Positions 41,570 to 55,075 of a stretch of 64,000 nucleotides of DNA are shown here, in pieces. The notes under the pieces were generated by a model. The model did not search any database. It was given only the letters and a program-made list of their open reading frames with translations, and was not told the DNA's origin. The stretch lies in assembly GCF_002113885.1 (NCBI RefSeq), contig NW_018408896.1, positions 2,237,711 to 2,301,710 of the forward strand, read 5' to 3'. This DNA is from Mizuhopecten yessoensis. Lineage: Eukaryota. Position 1 is the stretch's first letter. Each line of letters begins with the position of its first letter. Made by a program: the position numbers and the translations under genes.

Positions 41570-41842
41570 GACACGTGACAGTGAGGAATGTAAACACGTG
41601 ACCGTGACCCCCTGTTAATAAAAATACATGACCTTGACCTGTAGACACGTTACTGTGATCACTGTAGATATGTGAACTCATGTAGATTAAGACACGTGAC
41701 AGTGATCCATGTAAAACTGTTTGATGGGCCGTTATGATTTAAATTTTATAAAATATCAAATAGAAAGACATGTGACCGCAGTGACCCCTGTATAAAGACA
41801 CACGGCCATGACCACTGTTGACACGTGGTCGTGAACCCTGTA
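41570..41842. repeat. Degenerate repeat of GACACGTGAC/GTGACC units
   Basis: Multiple ACACGTGAC..GTGA.C.CTGT variants. Confidence 0.6.
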
Positions 41843-43687
41843 GTTGCCTTGTTACGGAAGGTTTGTTTTATATGTTTGTAGTAGGTTCATTATAACCATT
41901 TATATTAAATTGCTAAGATGATGTTAAGATCTACTGTCAGGGAGAGAAATATTTCTCTGACGTAAACTACAAGCTATGTTATGTGCTTACTCTGTTACAT
42001 TCCTACCAAATATCAGATGAGGAACATGGCGCGCGTTCAACTGTAGCACAATATGCCTGTCCCGCTGGAATGTCTCTCCGAGATATTAGGTAAGATTTTG
42101 GATTTATCACCTTAATGACACACCTCCGACAGACCTGATCACCTATATGAATAACATCCTATAGATCCCGAACAAGGTTATCCATCTTGTGTCTCCTGGC
42201 GTTAGATCGGGACTAGGAACGTATGTCGGGAGACGATCGGGGACACTCGAAGACAATGTCGGAAACTTTGATGGATCTGCAGCAGCCAGATTTGTGTGAT
42301 ACTGTCCCGCATGGAATTTACCAAATCCCAGAAGTATCGCGTGACGTCAGAGCTGTCGGAACGGTTTGTGTATTGATTGGTGCCAGTAACAAAGACACGA
42401 AAATAAAGTATAGAGCTATACCAATGCCATACTGCTCCGATGGTTATTGGTACACGTATTCGTAATCGGTCATCTTAAAAGGCCATTGTAATAGGTAATG
42501 TATTAAGTCATTATAATAGGTCATCTGTTATTGCATAATAACAAGATTTACATCGAATAGATATGTTAGCGTGATTTTCTTATTAATCGGTTTTGTGTTG
42601 ACTAGACTCGAAAGGAGTGCTGTGAAGTGACCGGAAATATACATGACTTGTTTGCCTTAGAAAGCAAATACGTTCACATGGGACATCCTTAACATAATGC
42701 GGTCAACGCAACACGAATACTATTATAAATGAAGTTACGTGATAGCTACACTATAACCTGTACATCGACTATCGTTGATCATTTCACGAGTAGCTGAGGC
42801 GTACTGGAGAACTTACGTAATAACACTTGTACCGTACGATACTTACTTACAGATTGACTATATATGGCTCCGTCCTGAGTTTTCCTTTGTCTTGCCTCGC
42901 TCAGGTTTGGAGCTCCATTGGGACTGGCGACCGTCGTCGAAGTCAATAAAACGTACAAATTTAGGGTTGAACAAAACCCCAACAGGTCGTAAACCCCCGT
43001 ATAACAACAGCTGGTGACTACCGGAAGCTTGGAAATACGCGTATACACAGTATTTTATAGGAACTGTGGTACAGATTGTTTATATGCAGGATCACACACG
43101 GCACAACGAAAACAATATAAACAAACACGCTTAAGAATTAACACTTGTAGGATAAAAAAAAAGTCGCTCCTACCCTTCCGACATAGCCGTTGATTTCGCC
43201 GTCTCGTTTTATATCATTTGCAGGGCTGCCACAATTCTGTGTTTCATTTCGGTTTGCTAAGTGATTAAGCTGATAGCTATTTCTATATAGACAATCAAAC
43301 GAAATAAACCAACAATAAAATCAACTAAAGAATACTTATTGAAGTCAATCACAGAGAAATATTTATATTTAATATCATTTCTGATTGATTTGAGAGTTAC
43401 ATTTCTATATTATACGTGATTTTCTTCCCGGTTTGAGAATTTAAAACGACGGCGTTCGAAAGTTGAAACGGAATAAAGAATTAGAGAATAAGATTTGAAG
43501 ACGTAGTTTCGTTACCATTGATAGTAAACCTATACCAGCTATCTTTATAAAGGATGTTTCGTGTTTTACTGCCGTCTGTTTGAAACGTAACTTTTGAAAC
43601 CAGATTTAGTAGTGGCTAGTCTTATAACCATCATATTGAGTTGTTTCCCTTGTCACCAAACGGTATGTAAACACGGGCAGGGTTAGA

Positions 43688-43965
43688 AGACTCGAACTGA
43701 AACACAACTCGTAAATCTGAAGTTACGACTGTTCTTGTTTGACTCGAACGCACAACTCGTAATACTCAAAAAGCATCTAGACTCGAACTTTCATTATGTA
43801 ACATTGAATTAGCATCTGATATCGTTAGAGTATTGCCTGGTCTCGTTCTGCTCTGATAAGTCTCAAACTCAAAATCGATATACTGAAGTAGCATCTAGAC
43901 TCGAACTTACAATTCGAAACATAGAATCAGCTGCTGGTCTTATTTGCCCGAACTCACATTTCGAA
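43688..43965. repeat. Degenerate GACTCGAAC..ACAA(C/T)TCG repeat
   Basis: GACTCGAAC recurs at about 43689, 43741, 43780 and 43898. Confidence 0.55.
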
Positions 43966-46900
43966 GCCTGGAAGCGGTGTATGGTCTTATTAGAAAAACA
44001 AAAACCTTTCGTGTATTCATGCAATGTTTGCTAGCGCAATGGACGGGCAATATGTCACAATTAGACTGGTAGACTACTTAATTTTGGCCAGTACGGGGAG
44101 GTATATATATTGTCGTGTCACGTGCACTACAAGTTCGATGTTTTGATGGTATTAAATGTGATGGACATGAACAGAAATAAACACTTGTGTAATTGCCCCA
44201 GTACAAGATGATTCCATATTTGGATTACCCATCTCTTGTTGTCAATGATTACCGTAAATCATTCCGTCAGTTGGCAACTATATATAAATGTTGTTTGATT
44301 ACAACGAATAAAAATACCAAGTAATTGATTTTCTCAGATTATCAAGAACAAAAAATAATGTAATTGATTTTCGCCTATGTCTAAGGCTATTTGAAAACCG
44401 ATATTTCAATTCTTAATTTGCTTTGTAATATAATGGTGGTAATTTAAGGAATGTAAAAATAATTCTTCCTTTTTTGCTGGAGTCGATCTCCCACATTGTA
44501 CATTTAGATATTGGTGGGAGTGGCGCACTAAATACCTGGTTCCGGTTTTCTGACGTAATGTTGTAAGTGTGCTATTTCAAATGCATTCGGTTATTTACAA
44601 AAATTAAGATATTTGAGAAACCTTCCAGATACTACATGACCTACCGCACTTAATAACCTAACTTACAAAAACGGCGAATTTTTAAATTAACAATTACCAT
44701 TCACCAAGTAGGTAGGGACTCGATGTTTTCTTACTTTCCCCCCCCAAAAAATGGAAGTATCTTCAAAATAACTTTAAAAGCAAGACAGTTTAATTTTTAT
44801 ATAGGGGGTTGGGGGTTGGCACTGATTGATGACTATCTATCTTTTTTCTTCTTTTGTCAGTTGAAACCTTTTTGGCTGAAATTGCACAGAGCCTGCAGAG
44901 TGTGCATGGACGTGAACGGTTACGGACGACCCATGTTTTGTGTCCCCGGGGACATTACCGTTTAGGATTGCCCCAAATTTGTGTCCCCGACCTTTCTTGG
45001 CTGGGGTGCTCCATACTTTGTGTCTCGAAGGACGTTACCGGATAGGATGCTCCGTAATACACCGATCCACTGTACCCAAGGGACGTTACCGTGTATAGGA
45101 TGTGTCATAATTCCGTCCCCGGACCGCAGGAAAGACGGACGTACATGTACCATGGGGCAACTGAGGAGAGTAGGGCACACCCTAGGTTTAGAGTGAGGGC
45201 ACATACTTAGTACAATATAGTTTCGGCATTATCAGCCGGACTTCATCTCTGACCCTAGTAAACCGTTCAGGAGGAGGACACAAATTCTATTGTATGATTG
45301 TCATCACTAAAGCAGCCAATCAGCGACTCACTAACACAACTTAAAAAATTAATCAGCACGTATTTAATACAAAACCAGGAAATTGTTCGAGAACAATTAA
45401 TGACGTCATAACTGTACGAAATCATCGAGATTGAATAAATGATGTTGCATGGCGGTGTATTAGGGTTAATTGTTAGAAATTCGTACGAACGTATTTGTAA
45501 TCTGTACGATTTAGCAATCCGCTCGTACACATATGATTCAGTTATCCACACATAATATTAAAGTTTGTGTGCTTTCACCTTCATACGTCACCATAATATT
45601 TCAATTGCACTAGACTATAAAAACTACCAAAATCATATTGTATTCATACATATAGCAATACGAAGGTTCTTAGGTGTGGCTTCTGTTGATTGTAATATCT
45701 ACTTTGTGACGTTATAAACGAGAACGATTGAAATCGACCAGATTATATATATTTTTATTGAATAAGCATGCACGATGTAACGAATTTTATTCAATAAGGA
45801 AGTAATTATAATTGGTAGCTGTTATTGTTTCTATACGGGGACATCAATACAAACGTAACATAACGAATGGACGGTATATTTGTCGTACCGGTTTGAAGAA
45901 AAGTAATTATATATTTAAAACAGGTATATTTACAAGCGCCCTATTACTTTTCAAGGAATCTGTCTCTTCCCCGATGCTCTTTGATACCAGCATGACAATG
46001 GATAATATCATCAAGTTTGGTGGCTGGTCGATTCCCTTGTGTAAGCCAGAGACTCTCGGTTGATCAACACACGAGCAGGTCGTAAAGATAGGACCTGTTT
46101 CGTATTTTAAAGCACTTACATGTACTGTTATACAGCATCCTATCATGATTCAATCGAAAACTCGAGACATGTCCATATACATGCATTTAAGATATTCAGC
46201 ACCGTATTTCATACGCTATTTGATCGAACTTAGAATAAAAACCATGGATATCATGCATAATTCATGTCCATAATAAAACAGCTTTTCAAGCTTATAGATA
46301 AACTTCGCCCTACTTCGCCCGAGAAAGTAAGCTTATCTATGAATTTACATTGCAGAAGGAAGCGAAGGACTCTGAAATCGGTTTGAAAATCAATAAACAT
46401 CACTTTATCGCTCCTTTTGAAATTATTGCTTTTATGATATGGACGTCAGCTGTCTTGCTTTCGTAACTTTCCCGGCTTGGCTTCTAGGTCAACAAGACGG
46501 AGAATGGTCCTACATGATGCACATTTAATGACCCAATGCCCTGGGTGTATCGATGGTAAGCCTGTAAGCTACATTGCATTGTAAACAGATAAAGCACAGC
46601 ATAATTATAGTGTAACGGAACCTAGCAAATGTTGTATCCTGTCATGCGTACTCAACACTTCCTGTTAAGAAACTCGCAATTTCAACTTTCTATACTACAT
46701 TCGTAATATTTATAATTGAGGTAATTTACTACCGTCCCCAGCTTGTTGATGTAAGGTAGCACACAGCACGACTTTGCGACTGTCTTTAGTCCGACACGTG
46801 TCGTGTCTAACATGCGGGTTGACGGGTAAAATTATGGGTCACCATCACATGTCACGTGAAGGGGAATCTGTTCCCCATCACGTGTCGTATCATTATCTCT

Positions 46901-47738
46901 AAACATACAATCGTCACTGACCACAGTCCACCAACGACAACATATCCTTATTACCATGGGAACATGACACTGCAAAGAAGATATGCACACAGAGCACACG
47001 TTTTACTGAAAGTTTCTATTAACTTTGAATAAGTCAAAAATAGGTATCGATTTTAACTTTTATTTTACACCATATCTAAAATTGCTGTATTGAGTAGACC
47101 ATTTTTTTTGTCTGATGAACGTTTAAATAAAGACGACACTATATATTAATATATCAATATGGCGTTTATTTATGATTAGAAGGTAACATTACATCAGATA
47201 TTCCCCCATGGGTCACACAAGACTCAGAACAAACCTTACACTTGAGATTAGATAAAGCGGCCATCTTGACAGGGCCGTGTCAGTCCTAAGGTTTGACAAG
47301 GATATCACTGCCAGATAACATTAATCCCTTTCACGAGTTTCTCCCTAACACCTCATTCACCTGATGAAAATCAGAAATCTGACCAAGATTCGTTAGGGCG
47401 GGTTGAGAGGTCGACCGGAACAACTTAAAAAACAACTTAAGTGGAGAATTATCCATCAACAAAACATTTTTTTGTTACTTATAAAAAATCCCATTGTGTA
47501 CAACTGTAATCAAACTCATAATCGGGTTATAGACGTGCGCATATACAATACGGTTCATGTTGCTGCCCCTATCGTTTTGGTAATGTTTGCAGGGATTGTT
47601 TCGGATGTTAACCAACGATAGCGCCTTGTTTTAGGCAATCAAGAATATCATCACCTCGGGTTGGAGATTTCTCTGGGATACCCTAACTGTAGATAGGGAG
47701 TGTTCTAGAAGCTCACCATGCCCTCAATGTTAAATGAA

Positions 47739-47825
47739 GTTTAAACATATTTATTGCAAAAAAGTAGACAAAGGATTAGGTACAAGTTGTTACAACTTAT
47801 CAACGCTTTCTCACAATACACATTT
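47739..47825 (-). mobile_element. 3'-terminal fragment of a CR1-Zenon-like LINE
   Basis: Minus strand GATAAGTTGTAACAACTTGTACCTAATCC...CAATAAATATGTTTAAAC closely parallels the 3' end of the LINE at 59065-59160. Confidence 0.65.
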
Positions 47826-49575
47826 TGAATGACATTTCAATAATGACAATCAGTATATTAGTTAAATGTATTGTGAACAATTTTATGTGACTTCCCTGAC
47901 ATACACCAGAAAGTTCATTTACTTTACTACTACATCAAATGAATAATACTATAACAGTTAAACCACCAAAGGTTATTGCGGGTTGGGATACAGAAACTCA
48001 GCATTACTCATCAAATGATTACATATTTAAAAAATGCGAACAAGTGTCTCACACTTCAACGTTCTGTCCGGGTTTAAGCACTGTGCGATAGTATTTCCGG
48101 TTTGCAACTTCCGTAAGCCTAAGAATGTTATTAGATTGTTACACACACTTCTCTCAGGAAGTTGGTGTAATTTTTCTACTTTACACAAGTAGCGTGGTAT
48201 GAAACCGTCGTCTCGTGTTCTACACTTCGTGATGTCTTGGTGGATTCTTGTTCTAAATATCTGTATCGTAACTAACGGTCATATAAATTATCACTGGGGA
48301 TCTTCTTTTTCTTGTGTGTCGATATTTATTACTTTGCTTGCCTAAGAATTTCATATGAAAAAGACAAATTCTAAAGATGCCAATTTTGACCATGCTATTT
48401 TTAGCCTACAATCTTCGTGCATCAATGTCACAGCATCTCGCGCCACGTGCAGGAACAATGAAAACCATGTCCTCGGATACATGTTCTTACTGCTTTCCAA
48501 AACATAAACAGGAAAATGGCATTCATGCTGGGATACACAGAGTTCCTTCCAGGGAAGCGATAACATCGATACTACAACAACCTGTACCGCGTAAGCTTCA
48601 TTAAAGAAGACAATCTTAAAACTAAAGGAAAACACATTACACGACCTCGCAGTTTGTCGTCATTATTGATTATCTTAATCACGGATAATGTGGGCATATC
48701 TTGTCCAAATTGTTGCATGACGCGAATGAAAACTTGGTCGATTTTTAAAACACGATAAAAACTCTAAATTAAGAAATTTAACCTTGGAGAGATGTGTAAT
48801 CCCTATACGGTCCCAGATATCATTAGTTGAAGTCTGTGAAGATCTGGCTTTAGATTAAGTTTACACTACATCAGGTCAGAACTAATGAATCTGTTTTTGT
48901 ACCCAAACACGGAACAATTATCCGGTACGTGTTATTGCTGTAAATCAAAGATATTGGTAACAGTCACGTGTCGTGTAGACGTGTAGCTATCTCGTGCCGT
49001 CTATGTACGTGTATTTATCCAGTAAACAACACGACGTCCGCCGAATGTATCGCAAATGTGCATGAAGTCTTACAAAACGAAGCTTCATTATACCCTAAAG
49101 AGAGCTGATTTATATGGCCGGTGTCAACGCTGACAAAATAAAGAAATAGCTGAAGGAGGAAGGTTAGCAAGTATTTCACACTGGTGTGCTAAATATAAAT
49201 ATGTATAAGAATTGCTTGTAAATATCATGGGGATGAAGATTTGAGTTGGCCTGGAGACAAAATCCCTGAACTGCAAAGTATTTCATGTTGAATTTGTCTT
49301 GGATATATCCTCAGGTGTGCGTTTGCACTGCAAATAAACCGTCATTGAATGTTCGTTTTCATAGTCCATGCTGGACATAAATCATTCTGAAATACAACAT
49401 TGATATTACAAAAACATGGTGTAAATATGTAATTTAAATTGTCAATATTTCAATAATTACAGATAGTTTCAGACAGTTATACACATAAGTGAATTTAACG
49501 CACAAAATGTGACGTTCCTATATAAGTTCTCATATCCTATAGCCACAATCTATCCACCCGGACGGTCTGCTCCCC

Positions 49576-49728
49576 TGAACCGTATATATATACCATTTTA
49601 CGGATAGTTAGGGCGGACTGAACCTTATACATATACCATTTTACGGATAGTAAGGGCGGACTGAACCGCATATACATTGTATATACCATTTTACGGATAG
49701 TTAGGGCGGACTGAACCGTATATATATA
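49576..49728. repeat. ~43-bp tandem repeat x3
   Basis: ATATACCATTTTACGGATAGT(T/A)AGGGCGGACTGAACC x3. Confidence 0.88.
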
Positions 49729-50489
49729 TGTCGCATGCTCTTCAAACTCGTGAAAGGAAGGCAACAAATAATGTCACTCTGTCAGAAACATGTTCATTCA
49801 AAAGTAAAAAAAAAAAAGAGTTTTAATATTTGTTTGTACGCTCTATGTAAATTTCATGGAATAAACAAAAAAAATCCTTTTAGTTTTTGTCATATTCATT
49901 TGTGAGACTTTTGTAAGAGCACCTGTTTATATGTAGATGGTTTGCATTTTTCATTTCTCTTATGGCAAGATTATAAAGATGCAAAATAATCTCAATTTTA
50001 ACTGATCGATATATTTCATGATGATTTCTAATTCATTTATACTCATAGAAAATTCAACTACACTTATTATTCAGCATTTAGTTCTAATAATGTATTAATT
50101 GTATATAATTGTTCAATAAATAGAACAGCCATCTGTCCTGGGAGGTCAGTGGTATACACTGTAACAGTCAAAGCCTACACGTGTGGTAGGGTAATATACA
50201 TGTAGTGATAATGCCATACAATGGTTAATATAACAAATAAATGTTAAACGGTTTACAATAATAGACCGCGCGTGTATTTAAGGTTATTAGGTTTATGTTT
50301 AAAACTGCTCCACAAAGTTCAATTTTTCAACTAAGGATGAATGCTTCTCCACCTCTCGTTGAAATATTTCCAACCACGATTGTTTCGGCGGACGCACGGT
50401 AATGGAGTAAGTTTTATGGTTGTCGTCAAAATCTTACTCATTAGCTCATTACCGAACTCGAGCCTTGTGGATTTGCTGCAATTACCCCC

Positions 50490-50590
50490 GTTCGCGTATT
50501 GAGGACGTCACATTACTTAGATTTGACATAGATTTACATGGCGGGTGTCGTCGATAAGATTATCCTTCGGGAGCACCTGACTTTATTTTA
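50490..50590 (+). repeat. Dispersed repeat, copy 1 (CATTACTTAGATTTG...CATGGCGGGTGTCG...CCTTCGGGAGCACCTG)
   Basis: Matches the minus-strand copies at 60749-60830 and 53060-53100. Confidence 0.6.
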
Positions 50591-51016
50591 CTGGTGTATT
50601 AGTGTTTTCAATGATCTCCGTTTAAAGCTTTTATTTGTTCATAATTTTGCCCTTGATTTATAACATTTTAATTTTAATGACGGATTGTTGACTCTTGATT
50701 TTTTTTTTTTTAAATTAACATTCTTCAGTAATATTTTTTTATATAAATCTGTTTTGAATAAAAAATCTTTTGATTTGTTTCTTTTTATTAAAAGTAACAA
50801 AAACATATGTGTTAAATTTTCAAAACAAAATAGCAAAACTAAACGAAAGACTGTGAAATTACATCAGTATCAACAACATATTGTTCATCGTTAACCGCTT
50901 CCGATGGTTTTTGAATATGGTCTCAGACAGTTCGACAATGTTGATGTATTTGTACAACATTGGAGAGGACTATAGTGTGAGGAAAGTAAAGATTAACAAA
51001 CCTGAAACAAAGGCAC

Positions 51017-51650
51017 GTAGTACAACGTCAAAAATGATTCCAAGGTCAAGTTATAACCTTGACACCGAGAAAATCCGCAGTGCGCCACACAGACAGACAC
51101 TTACCGCCGGAGACATGTATACTTGAATACAAATGGCGGACATATTGAAGTCTATATTTCCATATAGATCGACGCGCAACAATATTCATGTTTCAATACG
51201 CGAAGAAACCTAACTGCTTCAATTTGGTTTCCCCCTAAAACCGACAATATCGAAGAAGCTGATATGATATTGAGAAAATCCTTCTTTTTTGTTTTCATAT
51301 GCGTAATAAATGTCTTAATCCGAAATATTAGGTTTGGGTTTAATTTCTTAATAAAAAATAATTGTACATTGTATTAAAAAATAAATAATTACGGAGAAGT
51401 GTTTTGATGAAGTAAATTCAATGTATGAACAAAAATCGCTCATAAATATGCACATATATTTATATCAAGTTGCATGTAACTTGCTTATTGCCAAACTCAT
51501 ATCACAGTTTGATAACTATTCCCATATAGACACTATATGAATTTCAATTATACAATTACACAAATATCAAAATATTATTAATATAAAAAAATCGGATTTT
51601 CTCGGTGTCAAGGTTACTTGACCTTGGAATCATTGTTGACGTTGTACTAC
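51017..51650. mobile_element. Non-autonomous DNA transposon with ~60-bp TIRs
   Basis: GTAGTACAACGTCAA.AATGATTCCAAGGTCAAGT...AACCTTGACACCGAGAAAATCCG at 51017-51077, inverted at 51593-51650 (1 mismatch, one 3-nt indel). Confidence 0.8.
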
Positions 51651-52170
51651 TATTCAAAATTACAGCACAACTGTCTGGTAAAATGTAGCCTGTTTAAGGG
51701 GATGTCTTGATAAGACTTATCATTATTTACTTGTATGGCATTGCCATGGTTCTTTTAACTTACGCTCTTCCTTTGCTGTAGCAGCAGCAGCGTGTTTTGC
51801 TCTCCAGAAGACTTCAATTCTCAAACATCACGTAATAACATTTCTTTCTCTTTTGAAGTAAGCTGTTTTAAAACCATGCCGTACACGTATTAGGCGCTTG
51901 ATAACTATGACATATCTATCATTCACATCGTCGCAGTGGGACCTAGAGACAAAACAGTTGCAGGAAGTAATTTTTGTAGGTGCGATTATAACTGATGATA
52001 AAAGTAAAACGACCAAATGTGTAGGTTAACAATATTCTTATGATAACTAGCGTATTGTTCAGATTATAAAATAGGTAAGAAAAGGAAAATCGCTCGATCT
52101 TTCCGGCATAGAAGGTGAGGAATCACATGACTAGATTGTTTTCACAAAAATGCCGGAAAACCTAGCCGCC

Positions 52171-52211
52171 ATGGAGGAAGGTTACTCGGTTATTGATCAG
52201 TTGGAGACAAG
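52171..52211 (+). CDS. Candidate first coding exon MEEGYSVIDQLET(R); host gene or TE-borne
   Basis: Perfect Kozak GCCGCCATGG, upstream CCGGAA/TTCCGG motifs and a moderate donor AG|GTATAA. No convincing downstream exon was found. Confidence 0.3.
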
Positions 52212-53059
52212 GTATAATATTTCACCTGTACCGTGTAGAGGGTGTATTAAACGTCTTTTAAACTAATATATCATTAATATGCAGAATTGTGTTAGAATAT
52301 TAAGTAACTAGTAACGGTTTGCATGTTGTTACCTTTTTTGTTACCAAACGATTTTAATCATATAATATTAAGCTCTGTAACTGCCCGTGCGATTTGTAGC
52401 TGATTCTGTCAAAATCAACATTTTACGAACATTCTTTATGATTTGATATCCCAACACGAATCACAAATATATTAATATCCAATGTAAAAACATCTTTATA
52501 TTGTCGTTTTGATATGTAATAGATTAAAACCCTCTGTGGAACACTGACGGAAAATCTTTAAGTCATTGTCTGGCATATACCGCACTCTAAAAATGTTGTA
52601 AATTTATTTTTTAGAAGGAATTCAGTGTACAAAAATGTATGCAAACTTGAGGGATGATAAAGCTTATGATACAAGATTAAAATGCACCTATTACATATAT
52701 CCATTGGTTCATTTATGTATTATATAGTTTTCCGAGTCATAGGTGATGTAACATAGACAAACAAGACGTTGTCATCACAATAAACGTTTTCCTCGTCGAC
52801 TCCCTCTAACACTCTCCTTTGATTATTGCGTGCCTTTAATTTTTTGCTCCCACGTCTTGCACGCTTCACACTCAGTTATCTCTGAGGCTTTCGTGGTTGT
52901 TGTTTAAAGTTCGCCTCGACTCCGAAAAACTCTTTCCTATCCTCTCCTAGAGGATATAAACGTGTCTACAACGCCATAATTCGATAAAAGTCGATAAAAC
53001 TAGGGCAATATATGAACAAAGAAGAGATGTACACGGAGAACCTTGAAATAGTACAAAGA

Positions 53060-53100
53060 GAATAAGCCAGGTGTTCCGGAAGGGTAAGCATCTTCTGTTT
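53060..53100 (-). repeat. Dispersed repeat, copy 2 (GATGCTTACCCTTCCGGAACACCTGG)
   Basis: Shares its core with the copy at 50560-50580. Confidence 0.55.
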
Positions 53101-53974
53101 CATCGCCGCAAAGTCTTCCTTTTCTGAATGTTTACAGCATTTTCGATAAAAACAAAACATTTTTTTTTATCAAAATAATATTTAGCTTCAAGACCAGAAG
53201 TTGTTTACTCCAGTATGACATATTGTGTGCTTGCTTTGTTCCGTTACATATGTATTTAACATAATTGAAAATATTGACATTTTTCTTATCGATGTCCGAC
53301 AGGTTTTCCGTAATGAAAAAGTTAAATTTGCAGCATTTGTAAGATGTGCTCTCCTATTGCCAGCTCTCATGGTCATTTAGGACAGACGAGCCCTTGATAA
53401 CTTCCCACCAGAGAAACTTGCATCGGACAGATATTGAAACGACATAACTAATATATCAAAATCGTAGTGTCCGTGTTCGGATATCAAAGGATTCGTGAAC
53501 AATACGAGACTGTCAAAAATCTTAAAAAATATCCGTGGAATGTGCACTGTTATAAAAAATCAGCAACAAAATGCATAGACAGTCGCAGAGCTTACTTATA
53601 TATGACGCAATCATAATCTATCATACTGTGAGTGTCATCGTATATCAGTCGAATATATTGAACCGAAAATAGTTTATGAACTTTCAGGCAAAATACCACA
53701 TGTTTGACCGGATATGGGTTCAGAAGACACTTAAAACATCCCAAATTTTAACAGTGCATGTGAAATATTACGACGTGCCATAAACCGATCAATAATCTCA
53801 TAACCTTTTTCGAGGGGGCGTTGTTTTCCGGCAGTTTCCGTGTTGACTATCATAAACACAACCCTTACCGATGGTCTATTGTTCTTCCTTCCGGTCCTGA
53901 AATAAGCGCTTTTTATTTTTTTGCATCTTGTATATATGGTGGTCGTGTTGACGATGCCCGGGCCTTTCCGCTAA

Positions 53975-55036
53975 ATCTTGATGGCTTGTGGAACAAGATG
54001 TTAATGAGTGGAATTAATGGGGAAATGTGAACAATTATTTTTAACATGTATCAAGGCATTTAAGTCAAATATATCTTTTAACGGTGAATGTTCTGGTTAT
54101 TTTCCATGTGAAAATGGTTTGAGACAAGGAGAAAATCTATTTCCCTTTTTATTTAGTCTGTACCTGAACGATTTAGAAGAGTTTATGGTCCAAAATAACG
54201 TTCAGGGTTTGACAAACCTTAGTACTAAATTAGAAAATAATCCACATGTATACATAAAGCTTTTTATTTTACTATATGCTGATGATACACTACTTTTCCC
54301 AGACTGTCCAGTTGACTTGCAACTACAATTAAATGTATTCAGTGAATACTGTAAACAGTGGAACTATAAGGTTAATATAGGAAAAACCAAATGTATAGTG
54401 TTTAGTAAAGGACGTAAAAACAATAGAAATGTATTTTTATTTAATAATGAGGTGATAGAGTTAGTGGACAATTTTACCTATTTGGGCACGGCATTTAGTC
54501 GAACTGGTTCATTCAATGAAACGAAAAAATACAATATTAAAAAGGTTACTATAGCAATGTATGACGTTATAAAGAAAGGTAGACTACATAACTTATCAGT
54601 TCATTATATATATGATTCATTTGACAAGATTGTAAAACCCATACTGTTGTATGGCTGTGAAGTTTTGAGTCTTGCTGACCTTAAGGTAATTGAACGTGTA
54701 CATTTAAAGTTCTGTAAATTATTACTAGGGTTAAAAAGTAGCACCCCTAATTATATGGTATATGGAGAACTAGGTACTAGTCCACTTGAAATAACAGTAA
54801 AAACAAGAATAATATCATATTGGTCACAATTGACTCATTCTTAATAAAATAAAATAAATATTATATTGTATAAATTTCTTTGCCATCAACATAATGTTGA
54901 TGATAAACCGGTTTCATATACAATATTTGACCTCCTCGATATAAATGGCTACGAACACTACAATTACTATATATTATATTGTAAATATGTTTCTCTATAC
55001 ATTGTATTGTGAAAGAGAATAAAGTTGAATTGAATT
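53975..55036 (+). mobile_element. 5'-truncated RTE-X-like non-LTR retrotransposon (RT fragment)
   Basis: ORF 54008-54844 contains GLRQGENL.P.LF, LLYADDT, KTKCIVF, FTYLG, PILLYGCEV and VYGELG. A frameshifted DGLWNKMLMSGING lies upstream. The 3' end has AATAAA plus a (TTGAA)2 tail. Confidence 0.88.
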
Positions 55037-55048
55037 AATTTCGTTTGA

Positions 55049-55075
55049 CCTGTCTTTATTGACGGGGGCAACTAG
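55049..55075 (+). mobile_element. Helitron-like 3' terminus
   Basis: Hairpin CCTGTC-tttatt-GACGGG followed by GGCAA-CTAG|T. Confidence 0.35.
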
